From a phage, in sequence record PZ179884.1: a stretch of 44,035 nucleotides of DNA; one strand, 5' to 3'. A model generated the notes under the pieces. It was not told where the DNA came from, made no database searches, and was given only the letters and a program-made list of their open reading frames with translations. Shown piece by piece: positions 27,788-35,551 of this stretch (position 1 is the first letter of the stretch; every line of letters starts with the position of its first letter). A program made the translations under genes and the position numbers.

Positions 27788-28146
27788 CGTAAACTCTCCA
27801 AATACAAGTTTAATGCCTGTAGCTGTTCTTCTGTGGGAATGAAAGAATCATCGCGACGTAAGTCGCTTAACTGTTGCAGCATTCCTGCGAACTTACGTCT
27901 TGCGTCAACAGCGACAATGTGATGCTTTTCACTTTTATATATTAAGGTTTTCGGGTAATCCTCAATCCTGCCAGACGATTTATTCACGCGGAGTGCGCGA
28001 GCTTCATGCGCAATGTGTATGTACTTTTTGCCGTTTTGTAGCACAGTAGCTACACCGCTGTTCTTTCTGCGGTCGCCGACGGTGTAAACTTTGTCGCCGC
28101 TGCGCAAATTAAGCCACCATTTATCAGTCATACCCTGCTCTCCCAC
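27784..28146 (-). CDS. Hypothetical protein (120 aa)
   Basis: ORF track. Confidence 0.4.
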   Translation of the reverse strand: MGEQGMTDKWWLNLRSGDKVYTVGDRRKNSGVATVLQNGKKYIHIAHEARALRVNKSSGRIEDYPKTLIYKSEKHHIVAVDARRKFAGMLQQLSDLRRDDSFIPTEEQLQALNLYLESLR

Positions 28147-28400
28147 TGGTCAATTAAATGCCGTGTCTTGTGGTCGCAATGTAAGGCCCATCCATACATC
28201 GACTCGAAGACATAAAAGTCGGGCTTGGCGAATGTCGTGCGTTTAATCCGCGACACGTGACGACCTATATCTTTAGGACGCGGTACTTTGCCTAAGTACG
28301 CCATCTCTTCCATCTGGTGTGCACCGGACGGCGCACGCAACAGCCACAACGACTCTGTGTTGTCCCGCCTGTCTACGGCGCGGTAGAGTTGGTAAATCAT
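28128..28400 (-). CDS. Hypothetical protein (90 aa)
   Basis: ORF track. Confidence 0.4.
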   Translation of the reverse strand: MIYQLYRAVDRRDNTESLWLLRAPSGAHQMEEMAYLGKVPRPKDIGRHVSRIKRTTFAKPDFYVFESMYGWALHCDHKTRHLIDQWESRV

Positions 28401-28443
28401 AATTCCGACCCTCAGTTAAAGCGGCCTGAAGGCCGCCAGATAA

Positions 28444-28944
28444 TTATTCTTCTTCGAAATACTTGTTCTTGATCGCCGTCAGGCGTTCCAGGTACTCTGC
28501 CAGGTCTTCATCTTTAATCGCGGCAATCTTCATCTTCTTACCGGTGAACTCTTCCAGCAGTTCGTCAGAATCGTCGCACGCGGCATCGCTTGGGCCTTCG
28601 TTAATTGCATCGTCGATAGCCTGAATCTGGTCGCGCAGAGACTTATAGTCTACTTCTTCTTTCTCTTCTTCCGGCTCTGGCGTCGTTTCCTCTACTTTAG
28701 CTTTACGCGGCTTGCGTTTTGGCTTCTCTTCCTCCGCCGGTTTAGTGTCAACTACGTCTTCACCTTCAACCGGGATTTCTTTTGTTGCTTCTTCAGCGCA
28801 CTCAGCTACCGCTTCTTTGGTGTACGATACCGTCTCTACTTCCAGCGGCGTGGCAACCTGAACAACTTGTTTCGCACTGTTCGCGGCAATCAGTTCGTGC
28901 GCAACTACGAAACGTTCCAGTAATACTAAGAATTTCTCTAACAT
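28444..28944 (-). CDS. Acidic Glu/Asp/Lys-rich protein (166 aa)
   Basis: Low-complexity acidic segments EEEKEEVDY and DDSDELLEE with a basic KPKRKPRKAK patch. Confidence 0.45.
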   Translation of the reverse strand: MLEKFLVLLERFVVAHELIAANSAKQVVQVATPLEVETVSYTKEAVAECAEEATKEIPVEGEDVVDTKPAEEEKPKRKPRKAKVEETTPEPEEEKEEVDYKSLRDQIQAIDDAINEGPSDAACDDSDELLEEFTGKKMKIAAIKDEDLAEYLERLTAIKNKYFEEE

Positions 28945-28968
28945 TATTTATTCTCCTGTTTATTTGGG

Positions 28969-29196
28969 CTACTCGCCGTCGCCTTCTGTAAGGCTATCGT
29001 CTATTAATTCAAATTTACCGTTTGGGTGTTGAATAGCTTCTTGCCCGCAATGGTCGCAGACAACAAGTTTATCGAACCCATCAAACTCATCCCCTACTAC
29101 GCAAGAAAGTACAAATTTATGTTTTGTGCACACTTCTTGCGGAGCGCCGAAAATTGCTCGAAAACCTTTAGCTATGGCCCCAGTGATTGTGTTCAT
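28969..29196 (-). CDS. Small zinc-ribbon-like protein (75 aa)
   Basis: Cys pairs ...CTKHK...CVVGD and CDHC; first gene after a class A promoter. Confidence 0.45.
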   Translation of the reverse strand: MNTITGAIAKGFRAIFGAPQEVCTKHKFVLSCVVGDEFDGFDKLVVCDHCGQEAIQHPNGKFELIDDSLTEGDGE

Positions 29197-29224
29197 ATCT
29201 GCCCCTCTCGTTTGGTATGGGCTA

Positions 29225-29253
29225 ACTATAATAGCGAACTATTCACATGTCAA
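29225..29253 (-). promoter_or_regulatory. Class A promoter (minus strand: TTGACA -17- TATAGT)
   Basis: Consensus -35; spacer TGTGAATAGTTCGCTAT. Confidence 0.6.
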
Positions 29254-29257
29254 TGGG

Positions 29258-29286
29258 CTTTTCTAAAATAATTAATATGGTACTAT
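29258..29286 (+). promoter_or_regulatory. Divergent plus-strand promoter-like element with TACTAT -10 and weak -35
   Basis: Shares TACTATTCAC with class B; -35 region overlaps the minus-strand class A -35. Confidence 0.3.
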
Positions 29287-29317
29287 TCACATATCAACTG
29301 ACTAAGGAGTAATTGAC

Positions 29318-29533
29318 ATGCAACCATCTGAACTAGGCATCCGTGTAGAACAACGCCGCAAAGAACTCGGCATCTCCCAGCGCCGTTTGGCGGCCCTGAC
29401 CGGCGTTTCCCAGGGCGCGATTAACCAACTGGCACTTGGAGTAACTCAGGACGTCCGCCCGGCAACGCTGTTCAAACTGGCGGAAGTTCTGGAAGTAGAC
29501 GCCAAGTGGCTGGCGTTAGGTGAAGGGGCTTAA
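29318..29533 (+). CDS. Cro/C1-type HTH (XRE family) regulator (71 aa)
   Basis: HTH region ELGISQRRLAALTGVSQGAINQL; RBS AAGGAG. Confidence 0.65.
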   Translation: MQPSELGIRVEQRRKELGISQRRLAALTGVSQGAINQLALGVTQDVRPATLFKLAEVLEVDAKWLALGEGA

Positions 29534-29548
29534 AGCCCCTTTCTTTTT
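29524..29548 (+). terminator. Rho-independent terminator overlapping the stop codon of the HTH gene
   Basis: Stem AGGGGCT / AGCCCCT followed by TTTCTTTTT. Confidence 0.65.
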
Positions 29549-29550
29549 AC

Positions 29551-31773
29551 CTATTCCAAATCCTCCGCTGTCACCACCAGCATCTCATTTGGTTCGTATA
29601 GTGTCTTCGGCCTTAATCTATCCCCTATTCTTTCGGGTATACGATATGTTCTCGGTACTACTTCGCCGTTAGCATCGCAACCAAGCATTAGTTCTCCATC
29701 TTTCAACATTTTATCAAGATGGGTGTTAGTCACAGAGAAGTCACCGGAACGAGCCACTATCTGCTGCTGAGTAAAACCGCGACCTGTGTCATCTGACTGT
29801 TGCAGGTCTTCCAGTGCCGAAAGTATTGACTCCTTCCTTACTTCATCCCTGCCGCGTTTAACTTCTTCCTTTACTTTTTGCTTACCTTCTTTCGTCAACC
29901 CTTCTTCCCGCTCTTTCTCCTCGTCAGTTTTGAACGGCTCGAAGCCCCACGGCATCAGCACAAGTGCCTTATGCGGCTCAGGAAGGTCCAGGTTTACGAT
30001 TGTGCCGTATTCTTCTGTGCTACCCAGGAACTCAACAGCACGGTATTCTTTCGGCGGCGGGGCTTCACGGAACTGTACAGACTCAAGCACCATGCCGACG
30101 GTTTTCTGTTGAGGCCCGTGCTTAAATTTCGAGTGGTATACGTTTATCTGGCGGTCGGTAGCGCGTTCGATTGTCAGCTCGACGTCGACACCTGCATACA
30201 GTGCCCCGCTGCCACGGGCTTTCTTTCCACCCTTCGGCGTATGGTGGACAACGCCCACCGCGGCTTTAGTCGCATCACGTACTTCTTTCAGGATGGCGAT
30301 AACTTTACCCATACCGATTGCCGTGGACGAACTGTTCTCGTCGAACTTATCAATCGTCAGGGCTAGCGTCTGGTTAAGGGTATCAAACGCGACCACCCCA
30401 ATTGGCTCATCGCCAGCAGTTTCACGCATTAACTTAATCAGGCTTTTCAGTTTTCCGACTTCGCCCATATCGATAACATGTACATAATCTTTACCTTCCT
30501 CGCCATATTTAGCCGCTAGCGCATCAATACGTGTACGTGTAGCTGCACCGCCTTCGCCATCGATATAGAAATGGTGGCAACGCTGGGTATCCGCCCCCGC
30601 AAACCGGTACCCGGCGGCGCTCAGGTACATCATCCCCAGCGTATAGAATGATTTGTACGTGCCAGATTCCCCGACGATATCCCATATACAATCTGATGGC
30701 ATGTACCCTTCAACGACGAAATCAGTCTTTACCGGCTCCGGTAACTCGTCCCCCTCTGAGTTCTCGTCGTCTTCCAGGTCGTCGAGGCTGCAAGTTACTG
30801 GGTCCTCGTTCTCTGTGCGGTGTAGTTCTTCAATCTCTTCTTCCGGTAAATCAGGCAGAGCCGCACGAATGCTGTTAATGCTGATAGGTTGCTTGTCTAC
30901 GTTAAGCTCGTCTGGCAGGCCGCACATACGCAGGGCCAAATGCTGTCGGCGGTTAAGCTCGGTGCAAGCGCCGTTGTTTGTATGCTGGCAGACAAAGCGC
31001 ACTTCTTTACCGTCGAGCATTATGCTGGTGGAGCCCTTGCCTGTATGCAGATGTTCGTTAGGGCATGGCACTTCGTACCCGCGCCCGGAAGATAAAGCGT
31101 CAAGGCCAAGCTCGGCTTCGCAGAAGTGTGCTATATCCGCGTTAAGCCCATGCTCATCAGCGGCAAGTGTTTTAGCCTCACGCTTACGCAACCCCATCTC
31201 TTCGGCTTTCTTGATGTACCGCTCGGCACGGATAACACGCCCTTCTGTAACCGTTATCTTCGACTCTTTATGCGGCAGGTAGATAAGGCGGTTGCCGTCT
31301 TCTGTGCAGTGGTCGCGCAACGCTTCGTCTATTTCTAACTCTGCACAAATAGCACGTTGCACCATCCACGCGTCGTTAGAGTTAAACGGCGTGCGAGCTG
31401 GAACCAGAACGCGGAAAGCGTAATCTCCATTTTTACATGCGTGCCGATGCGATGCCGTTGTGTGCAGAATATTGAAGAACGGCGCGTTCTTGAATTTGCG
31501 TGTCAGGTCGCGGTACTGAGTACGGTTGAGATGGTCGAAATCGAACTTAACCACACTGTCTTCCAGGATAGCGTTTTTACGGCGACCACCAACAGGCGCA
31601 ATAGCTTTCTGTTTAATCTTGGCAGCGTCGTACTCTTCCTTAGTCCATGACGGGTCCACGGATAAACGCTTCGATGTATCGCAGACATACTCGACAAACT
31701 GCTCCAGCGGCATTTCACGCGCTACAGGGTTTTTATCGAATGTGTTACGCAGCGTTGCAAAAACAATATTCAT
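29551..31773 (-). CDS. Primase-helicase (N-terminal primase-like domain with zinc-binding motif plus RecA-like ATPase)
   Basis: Walker A GESGTYKS; Cys/His cluster CPNEHLHTGKG...CQHTNNGAC; 740 aa. Confidence 0.6.
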   Translation of the reverse strand: MNIVFATLRNTFDKNPVAREMPLEQFVEYVCDTSKRLSVDPSWTKEEYDAAKIKQKAIAPVGGRRKNAILEDSVVKFDFDHLNRTQYRDLTRKFKNAPFFNILHTTASHRHACKNGDYAFRVLVPARTPFNSNDAWMVQRAICAELEIDEALRDHCTEDGNRLIYLPHKESKITVTEGRVIRAERYIKKAEEMGLRKREAKTLAADEHGLNADIAHFCEAELGLDALSSGRGYEVPCPNEHLHTGKGSTSIMLDGKEVRFVCQHTNNGACTELNRRQHLALRMCGLPDELNVDKQPISINSIRAALPDLPEEEIEELHRTENEDPVTCSLDDLEDDENSEGDELPEPVKTDFVVEGYMPSDCIWDIVGESGTYKSFYTLGMMYLSAAGYRFAGADTQRCHHFYIDGEGGAATRTRIDALAAKYGEEGKDYVHVIDMGEVGKLKSLIKLMRETAGDEPIGVVAFDTLNQTLALTIDKFDENSSSTAIGMGKVIAILKEVRDATKAAVGVVHHTPKGGKKARGSGALYAGVDVELTIERATDRQINVYHSKFKHGPQQKTVGMVLESVQFREAPPPKEYRAVEFLGSTEEYGTIVNLDLPEPHKALVLMPWGFEPFKTDEEKEREEGLTKEGKQKVKEEVKRGRDEVRKESILSALEDLQQSDDTGRGFTQQQIVARSGDFSVTNTHLDKMLKDGELMLGCDANGEVVPRTYRIPERIGDRLRPKTLYEPNEMLVVTAEDLE

Positions 31774-31898
31774 TTCTTTTTCTCCGCACGTTCTAAGGCT
31801 TCCTGCATACGGCGCATTGCGCGGTTCATCTTTACCGGCGCGAAGAAATCGGCGCCGTGTTTCTGTCGGCGCAGCTGTGGAACTATTAACTTCGTCAT
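31770..31898 (-). CDS. Small basic protein (42 aa), not in ORF track
   Basis: Translated by hand; stop overlaps primase ATG (ATGA). Confidence 0.25.
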   Translation of the reverse strand: MTKLIVPQLRRQKHGADFFAPVKMNRAMRRMQEALERAEKKK

Positions 31899-31967
31899 TG
31901 TATAATCCTTGTGCTTACTTTGATGATTTGTGCTTTGGCCCCGACGTTCTTGCGTTGGGGTTTCTTT

Positions 31968-32258
31968 TTACCGTTTAGCCAACCCTTCCAGCAAATTTTT
32001 ATACTCTTCAAAATATTCCTCGACCAAATCATCGCCGAAATAGAAGTCGATATACTCGAGATTATCTCTTACGTTAAGCGATGCCGACATGGTGCTTAGT
32101 TGGCGTAAGCTAATTAGCTTCATTTCTGTTTCTACGCAGAAAGGCCGGTAGGTATCAAGATGGCAAGAGATATTGAAGCATAAAGCGAACTCTCCGGCCA
32201 CGGAGTGAACCATATACACTTCGTTTTCTGCTTTATTGTGGAAAATTACGCCTTTCAT
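31968..32258 (-). CDS. Hypothetical protein (96 aa)
   Basis: ORF track. Confidence 0.4.
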   Translation of the reverse strand: MKGVIFHNKAENEVYMVHSVAGEFALCFNISCHLDTYRPFCVETEMKLISLRQLSTMSASLNVRDNLEYIDFYFGDDLVEEYFEEYKNLLEGLAKR

Positions 32259-32437
32259 TTCACGTTCTCCTTAATCCATGCTTCGACTTTATTACGGTCA
32301 AATGTTCCCGGTAAACGGCGGCCCATAACCTTAATACAGCAGTCAGGGAATTTGCCGCTGCGCAACCAGTTATTAATGGTCTGACGTGTCACCCCGATAC
32401 GTTCAGCTACTTCATTCTGCGTCATATAATGCGACAT
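32255..32437 (-). CDS. AlpA/Xis-like HTH regulator (61 aa)
   Basis: Start at ATG 32437 with AGGAGA RBS (track ORF runs to 32551); pattern IGVTRQTINNWLRSGKFP...VEAWI. Confidence 0.55.
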   Translation of the reverse strand: MSHYMTQNEVAERIGVTRQTINNWLRSGKFPDCCIKVMGRRLPGTFDRNKVEAWIKENVK

Positions 32438-32468
32438 TTTTATATCTCCTGTTTGTTTGGTGAAACTG

Positions 32469-32497
32469 AGTATAGGATAGCGGGAATGTAAAAGCAA
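32469..32497 (-). promoter_or_regulatory. Leftward early promoter (minus strand: TTGCTT -17- TATACT)
   Basis: Hexamers with 17-nt spacer upstream of the AlpA-like gene. Confidence 0.45.
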
Positions 32498-32534
32498 CCA
32501 ATCTCTGTAATATTTAATCTTTACAAAAATGTTA

Positions 32535-32564
32535 TTGAAAGTTCTTGACACATGTTTGTATAAT
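32535..32564 (+). promoter_or_regulatory. Rightward promoter TTGAAA -18- TATAAT
   Basis: Consensus -10 preceded by TG; AT-rich upstream region. Confidence 0.5.
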
Positions 32565-32591
32565 GGTTTTGGGACTTGTATATATTACGGA

Positions 32592-32623
32592 GTTGACGAA
32601 CCCTCCCCGAGGGATTCGTCAAC
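32592..32623. promoter_or_regulatory. Long imperfect palindrome GTTGACGAACCCTC-CCC-GAGGG-A-TTCGTCAAC
   Basis: 9-bp outer and 5-bp inner inverted repeats in the divergent early control region. Confidence 0.5.
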
Positions 32624-32763
32624 CCCTCCCAGACAGCTGAGATGCTTGCCTTGGGGTTTAAGGATAAGTGTATCTAAATCTCATTTAAAGAAGTAACCCG
32701 CTGAAATATCTACTGTTTCTTAATGTGCCGTAGATTCGCAACCGTAAAAATGTAACGATTATT

Positions 32764-32790
32764 GGGCAGGCTTAAGCCTGCCCTTTAGTT
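32764..32790 (+). terminator. Rho-independent terminator
   Basis: Stem GGGCAGGC / GCCTGCCC, loop TTAA, followed by TTTAGTT. Confidence 0.6.
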
Positions 32791-32855
32791 ACCAAGTAAT
32801 AAGAATAAAGGCACAACCCTCCCCGAAGAATCACAACGGCAACGTAACTATTCTC

Positions 32856-32884
32856 TTGCACACCCCAATATAATAGGATACTAT
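32856..32884 (+). promoter_or_regulatory. Class B promoter (TTGCAC -17- TACTAT) for the early-right operon
   Basis: Spacer ACCCCAATATAATAGGA; downstream TCACTTATCGAAACGAG leader motif. Confidence 0.6.
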
Positions 32885-32918
32885 TCACTTATCGAAACGA
32901 GACAGAGGAGTGGTGGTT

Positions 32919-33110
32919 ATGTTTAAGAAGGGTCAGTTGATTAAAACGATGTACGGTAGCTTAGGTATTATTGAAAAGAAATCGGCAGTGTACCGAAGTT
33001 CTTATGTCGTTAGCTTACTCAGGGAGCACGGGTTAAGTTCCGCGGCGTATTACCAAGAGTATGAAATGAAACTAATTGGCAACAATTTTAAATTCAAAGG
33101 GGTGAAGTGA
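32919..33110 (+). CDS. Early protein (63 aa)
   Basis: ATG 32919 with GAGGAG RBS (track start 32910 is GTG). Confidence 0.5.
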   Translation: MFKKGQLIKTMYGSLGIIEKKSAVYRSSYVVSLLREHGLSSAAYYQEYEMKLIGNNFKFKGVK

Positions 33111-33325
33111 TGGAAGAATTAATTTGTATTGAATCCCGCCAGGATGTGCAGGATTGGTTTGTGAAAGGTAACAAATATTCGTCAGGAGTATATTACGACG
33201 GCCGTCGATACGTTTTAGATGAAGACGGTGATGAATGGGATTTAGAGGACACTGTGGGCGAGACTTTAACCGTTAGTTTTCTTCAATGTTGTTTCCGCAT
33301 CATTCACAACGGCGCCGAATCATGA
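33110..33325 (+). CDS. Early protein (71 aa), acidic
   Basis: ATG overlaps upstream stop (track start 33107). Confidence 0.45.
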   Translation: MEELICIESRQDVQDWFVKGNKYSSGVYYDGRRYVLDEDGDEWDLEDTVGETLTVSFLQCCFRIIHNGAES

Positions 33326-33582
33326 TGCTCGTGCCGACGACTCTGAGGGAGGTTGCCGTGAATAATATTTTAATTGTGGGGGTTGATATGAGTCCGTATA
33401 ACCAATTCCGCCTTGAGCGTCTACGTCGCGGATTAAGTAACGCTAAATTAGCTCTCGATATATGGGAGAGTACGCCATATTTTTCCTCGAAGGCCTGGTA
33501 TGTAGCTCGCGCTAAAGCGTCCGTACAGTACCGCGAGTATAAGTTAAACAGTTTCCTTAAACACCACGGGGTAGCGTTATGA
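33322..33582 (+). CDS. Early protein (86 aa; alternative GTG start at 33358 has RBS GAGGGAGG)
   Basis: In frame with track ORF 33286-33582; ATGA coupling. Confidence 0.4.
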   Translation: MMLVPTTLREVAVNNILIVGVDMSPYNQFRLERLRRGLSNAKLALDIWESTPYFSSKAWYVARAKASVQYREYKLNSFLKHHGVAL

Positions 33583-33740
33583 GAGAAGCATTCGAACGAT
33601 GGGCCGTCGTAGAGGGTCTGCCGGTTAACAAGGGTTTAAAGAAAGAGTACCTGAACGTTAAGACGCGTCTCGCGTGGCGGGCGTGGAAAGCTGGTGTGCA
33701 GTTCCGTGACGGTGTAACAGGTGGGGTAACAGGTCAATAG
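33579..33740 (+). CDS. Early protein (53 aa), not in ORF track
   Basis: Translated by hand; ATGA overlap with upstream gene; terminator follows. Confidence 0.35.
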   Translation: MREAFERWAVVEGLPVNKGLKKEYLNVKTRLAWRAWKAGVQFRDGVTGGVTGQ

Positions 33741-33763
33741 TTTGGGATTTTACTGAGTGACTT

Positions 33764-33795
33764 ACGCTGCTACACAGCAGCGTATCATTTTTCTC
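33764..33795 (+). terminator. Rho-independent terminator
   Basis: Stem ACGCTGCT / AGCAGCGT followed by a U-rich tract ATCATTTTTCTCATTTTT. Confidence 0.55.
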
Positions 33796-33878
33796 ATTTT
33801 TGTTCTATTTCACCAAACGCAACAATCGAAGCGACTATTGCAGGAGATGCAACAATATAACACACCAATAAAATTTAC

Positions 33879-33907
33879 TTGCACACTGGGATAGAATAGG
33901 CTACTAT
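33879..33907 (+). promoter_or_regulatory. Class B promoter (TTGCAC -17- TACTAT)
   Basis: Spacer ACTGGGATAGAATAGGC; downstream TCATTTACACAAACGAG leader motif. Confidence 0.6.
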
Positions 33908-33938
33908 TCATTTACACAAACGAGAGGAGAGACGGAAG

Positions 33939-34058
33939 ATGTATAAGTATCTGACGGTTGAGAAACTGGAACAGCTTTATGCTGAGTTGCGAGTTTGCAG
34001 TGTATGCAGCGGCGACAACGAGCATGTTTACGGCGAACTGGAGGTAGCTGATGAGTAA
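33939..34058 (+). CDS. Micro-protein (39 aa) with CxxC motif
   Basis: ATG with purine-rich RBS; VCSVCSGDNEH; not in ORF track. Confidence 0.35.
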   Translation: MYKYLTVEKLEQLYAELRVCSVCSGDNEHVYGELEVADE

Positions 34059-34476
34059 CAAAAACGAAGTATTCGAGTACCTGATTGACCAACTACGGCA
34101 GCAGGTGAACAACAGCCCGTACAAGCAACAGTGCGAAGACCTGGCGCACGAGGTGTTGTCACTCAAGAATCAGTTACGTGATGCTTCGGCGCAGATTAAG
34201 GAGTTGCATCTGGCTCTGGCCCAAGCTACGGGTGACGTGGAGGCGTATAAACTTATCCGCAAAGGTGGGTACGTTTCCGCGGGCCAGCGCTACGTGGTTG
34301 GCGAACATGCGCCCGGGCCAACGGTAAATTGTCGGTGCACACAGACGCCTGTACCGCCGGAGCAATCTGGTTGCCGTAAGGAAGATACGCAGGAGTGCCG
34401 CCACGACTTTGAATACATATACCCTGAAAGCGGGGTGCACCGTCATTGTATTAAATGTGGATGGATAACCGAATGA
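34051..34476 (+). CDS. Early protein (141 aa) with C-terminal Cys/His cluster
   Basis: ORF track; C-terminal CRC...C...C...H...CIKCG suggests zinc binding. Confidence 0.45.
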   Translation: MSNKNEVFEYLIDQLRQQVNNSPYKQQCEDLAHEVLSLKNQLRDASAQIKELHLALAQATGDVEAYKLIRKGGYVSAGQRYVVGEHAPGPTVNCRCTQTPVPPEQSGCRKEDTQECRHDFEYIYPESGVHRHCIKCGWITE

Positions 34477-34676
34477 CCAGCATCCTCTTTATCTGGGTAC
34501 TGTCCGCAGGCCAGATGCAACTCGCGGCATCAGAAACGTTTTACTCGATGGAGGCGTGCCAGTCAGCGGCACGCGCCGCAGAGAACGCGCACTTCCTGTT
34601 TCAGGGCGACAAGCCCAACGATTCAGAGGTACGCGCTATCTGCTCACCTAAGAGACTTGGTAAACAGGAGAAGTGA
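34473..34676 (+). CDS. Small secreted or membrane protein (67 aa)
   Basis: Start at ATG 34473 (ATGA coupling; track start 34455); N-terminal hydrophobic MTSILFIWVLSAGQMQLAA. Confidence 0.4.
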   Translation: MTSILFIWVLSAGQMQLAASETFYSMEACQSAARAAENAHFLFQGDKPNDSEVRAICSPKRLGKQEK

Positions 34677-34678
34677 TT

Positions 34679-34948
34679 ATGGTGCAGAGATATGAGGTAA
34701 AAGCGTGGGGCCTGCCAGAGCCTGAGATGGCTGAGTACGCATACGGCGATTATGTAGAGTACGACAGCTATAAGGAACTGGACGACTATTACCAGGAACG
34801 TCTAGCCGACGCCGACAAGGAAATAGAAGGGCTTGTGTCGAGACTGGCAGAAGTAAACGCCGAGCTACAGAAATACAAAGACCAGTACCCTGATTACGTC
34901 GAGTGCGCGAACTGCGGGTCGGTTACACATGTGGAGGGGGTGGAGTGA
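34679..34948 (+). CDS. Early protein (89 aa), acidic with C-terminal CxxC
   Basis: ATG 34679 with AGGAG RBS (track start 34673 is GTG). Confidence 0.45.
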   Translation: MVQRYEVKAWGLPEPEMAEYAYGDYVEYDSYKELDDYYQERLADADKEIEGLVSRLAEVNAELQKYKDQYPDYVECANCGSVTHVEGVE

Positions 34949-34950
34949 AG

Positions 34951-35175
34951 ATGACGAGTAGAGAGCAGTTTTATGAATGGTTTTATGAATATACCGCATG
35001 CGACCCAAATGACATTAGGTATGTGGATATGGTCGAGATGTATTGGATGGCATGGAAGGCATCGCGAGAGGCGATTGAGGTTCAAGCGTGCCCATGCCCA
35101 AACGACCATGGCCCGTATGTTGATGACCATTATCGCGAGCAAATTAATAACGCAGGCCTAAAGTTGAAAAAATGA
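34951..35175 (+). CDS. Early protein (74 aa)
   Basis: ATG 34951 with strong RBS GGAGGGGG (track start 34903). Confidence 0.45.
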   Translation: MTSREQFYEWFYEYTACDPNDIRYVDMVEMYWMAWKASREAIEVQACPCPNDHGPYVDDHYREQINNAGLKLKK

Positions 35176-35261
35176 TTATCCAACTGAACGACAGCATGAA
35201 AGCCGATACCATTCAGCTTGAAGATTACGGCATACAACTCGCGGAGATTCTCGCCCTATGA
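35172..35261 (+). CDS. Micro-ORF (29 aa)
   Basis: ATGA overlaps on both sides. Confidence 0.2.
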   Translation: MIIQLNDSMKADTIQLEDYGIQLAEILAL

Positions 35262-35551
35262 GCCTTGCAACTGACATCATGAAACGCAGCGGCCTTGCGC
35301 CGCTGTCGCCGAGGGCGAACACCCGGATATACAAGCGCCGCCGCAATGCACTGTACCCTGAGATTCAGGCCAGACGCAAAGTTGTCCGCGCCTGTGGATT
35401 CCAGAACGGAAAGGCCGTGAATCTCGGTGAGTTTAAAACAAAGGAACGCGCAGCTATCGCGAACCGGCTATTTAATTACTGGAAATCGCTGGGGTACGAT
35501 GATATTCCGACGAAACCACAGAGACGACAATACATCTGGAGACATAAATGA
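35258..35551 (+). CDS. Early protein (97 aa), basic
   Basis: ORF track. Confidence 0.45.
   Translation: MSLATDIMKRSGLAPLSPRANTRIYKRRRNALYPEIQARRKVVRACGFQNGKAVNLGEFKTKERAAIANRLFNYWKSLGYDDIPTKPQRRQYIWRHK

Larger units (their letters stand above)
32571..32790 (+). ncRNA. Candidate ~220-nt noncoding transcript (promoter to terminator) with a 14-bp stem-loop near its 5' end
   Basis: Only tiny ORFs without RBS in this span; bounded by promoter 32535-32564 and terminator 32764-32790. Confidence 0.3.

Noticed and set aside
29786-31282. Plus-strand ORFs (108-209 aa) opposite the primase-helicase gene
   Set aside because: Ser-rich shadow ORFs antisense to a gene with clear Walker A and zinc motifs.
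31939-31970. Plus-strand terminator-like hairpin (GGCCCCGACG...CGTTGGGG then T-run) inside the minus-strand early operon
   Set aside because: Imperfect stem, and no plus-strand transcript is expected to reach it; possibly an antisense safeguard, but evidence is too weak to call.
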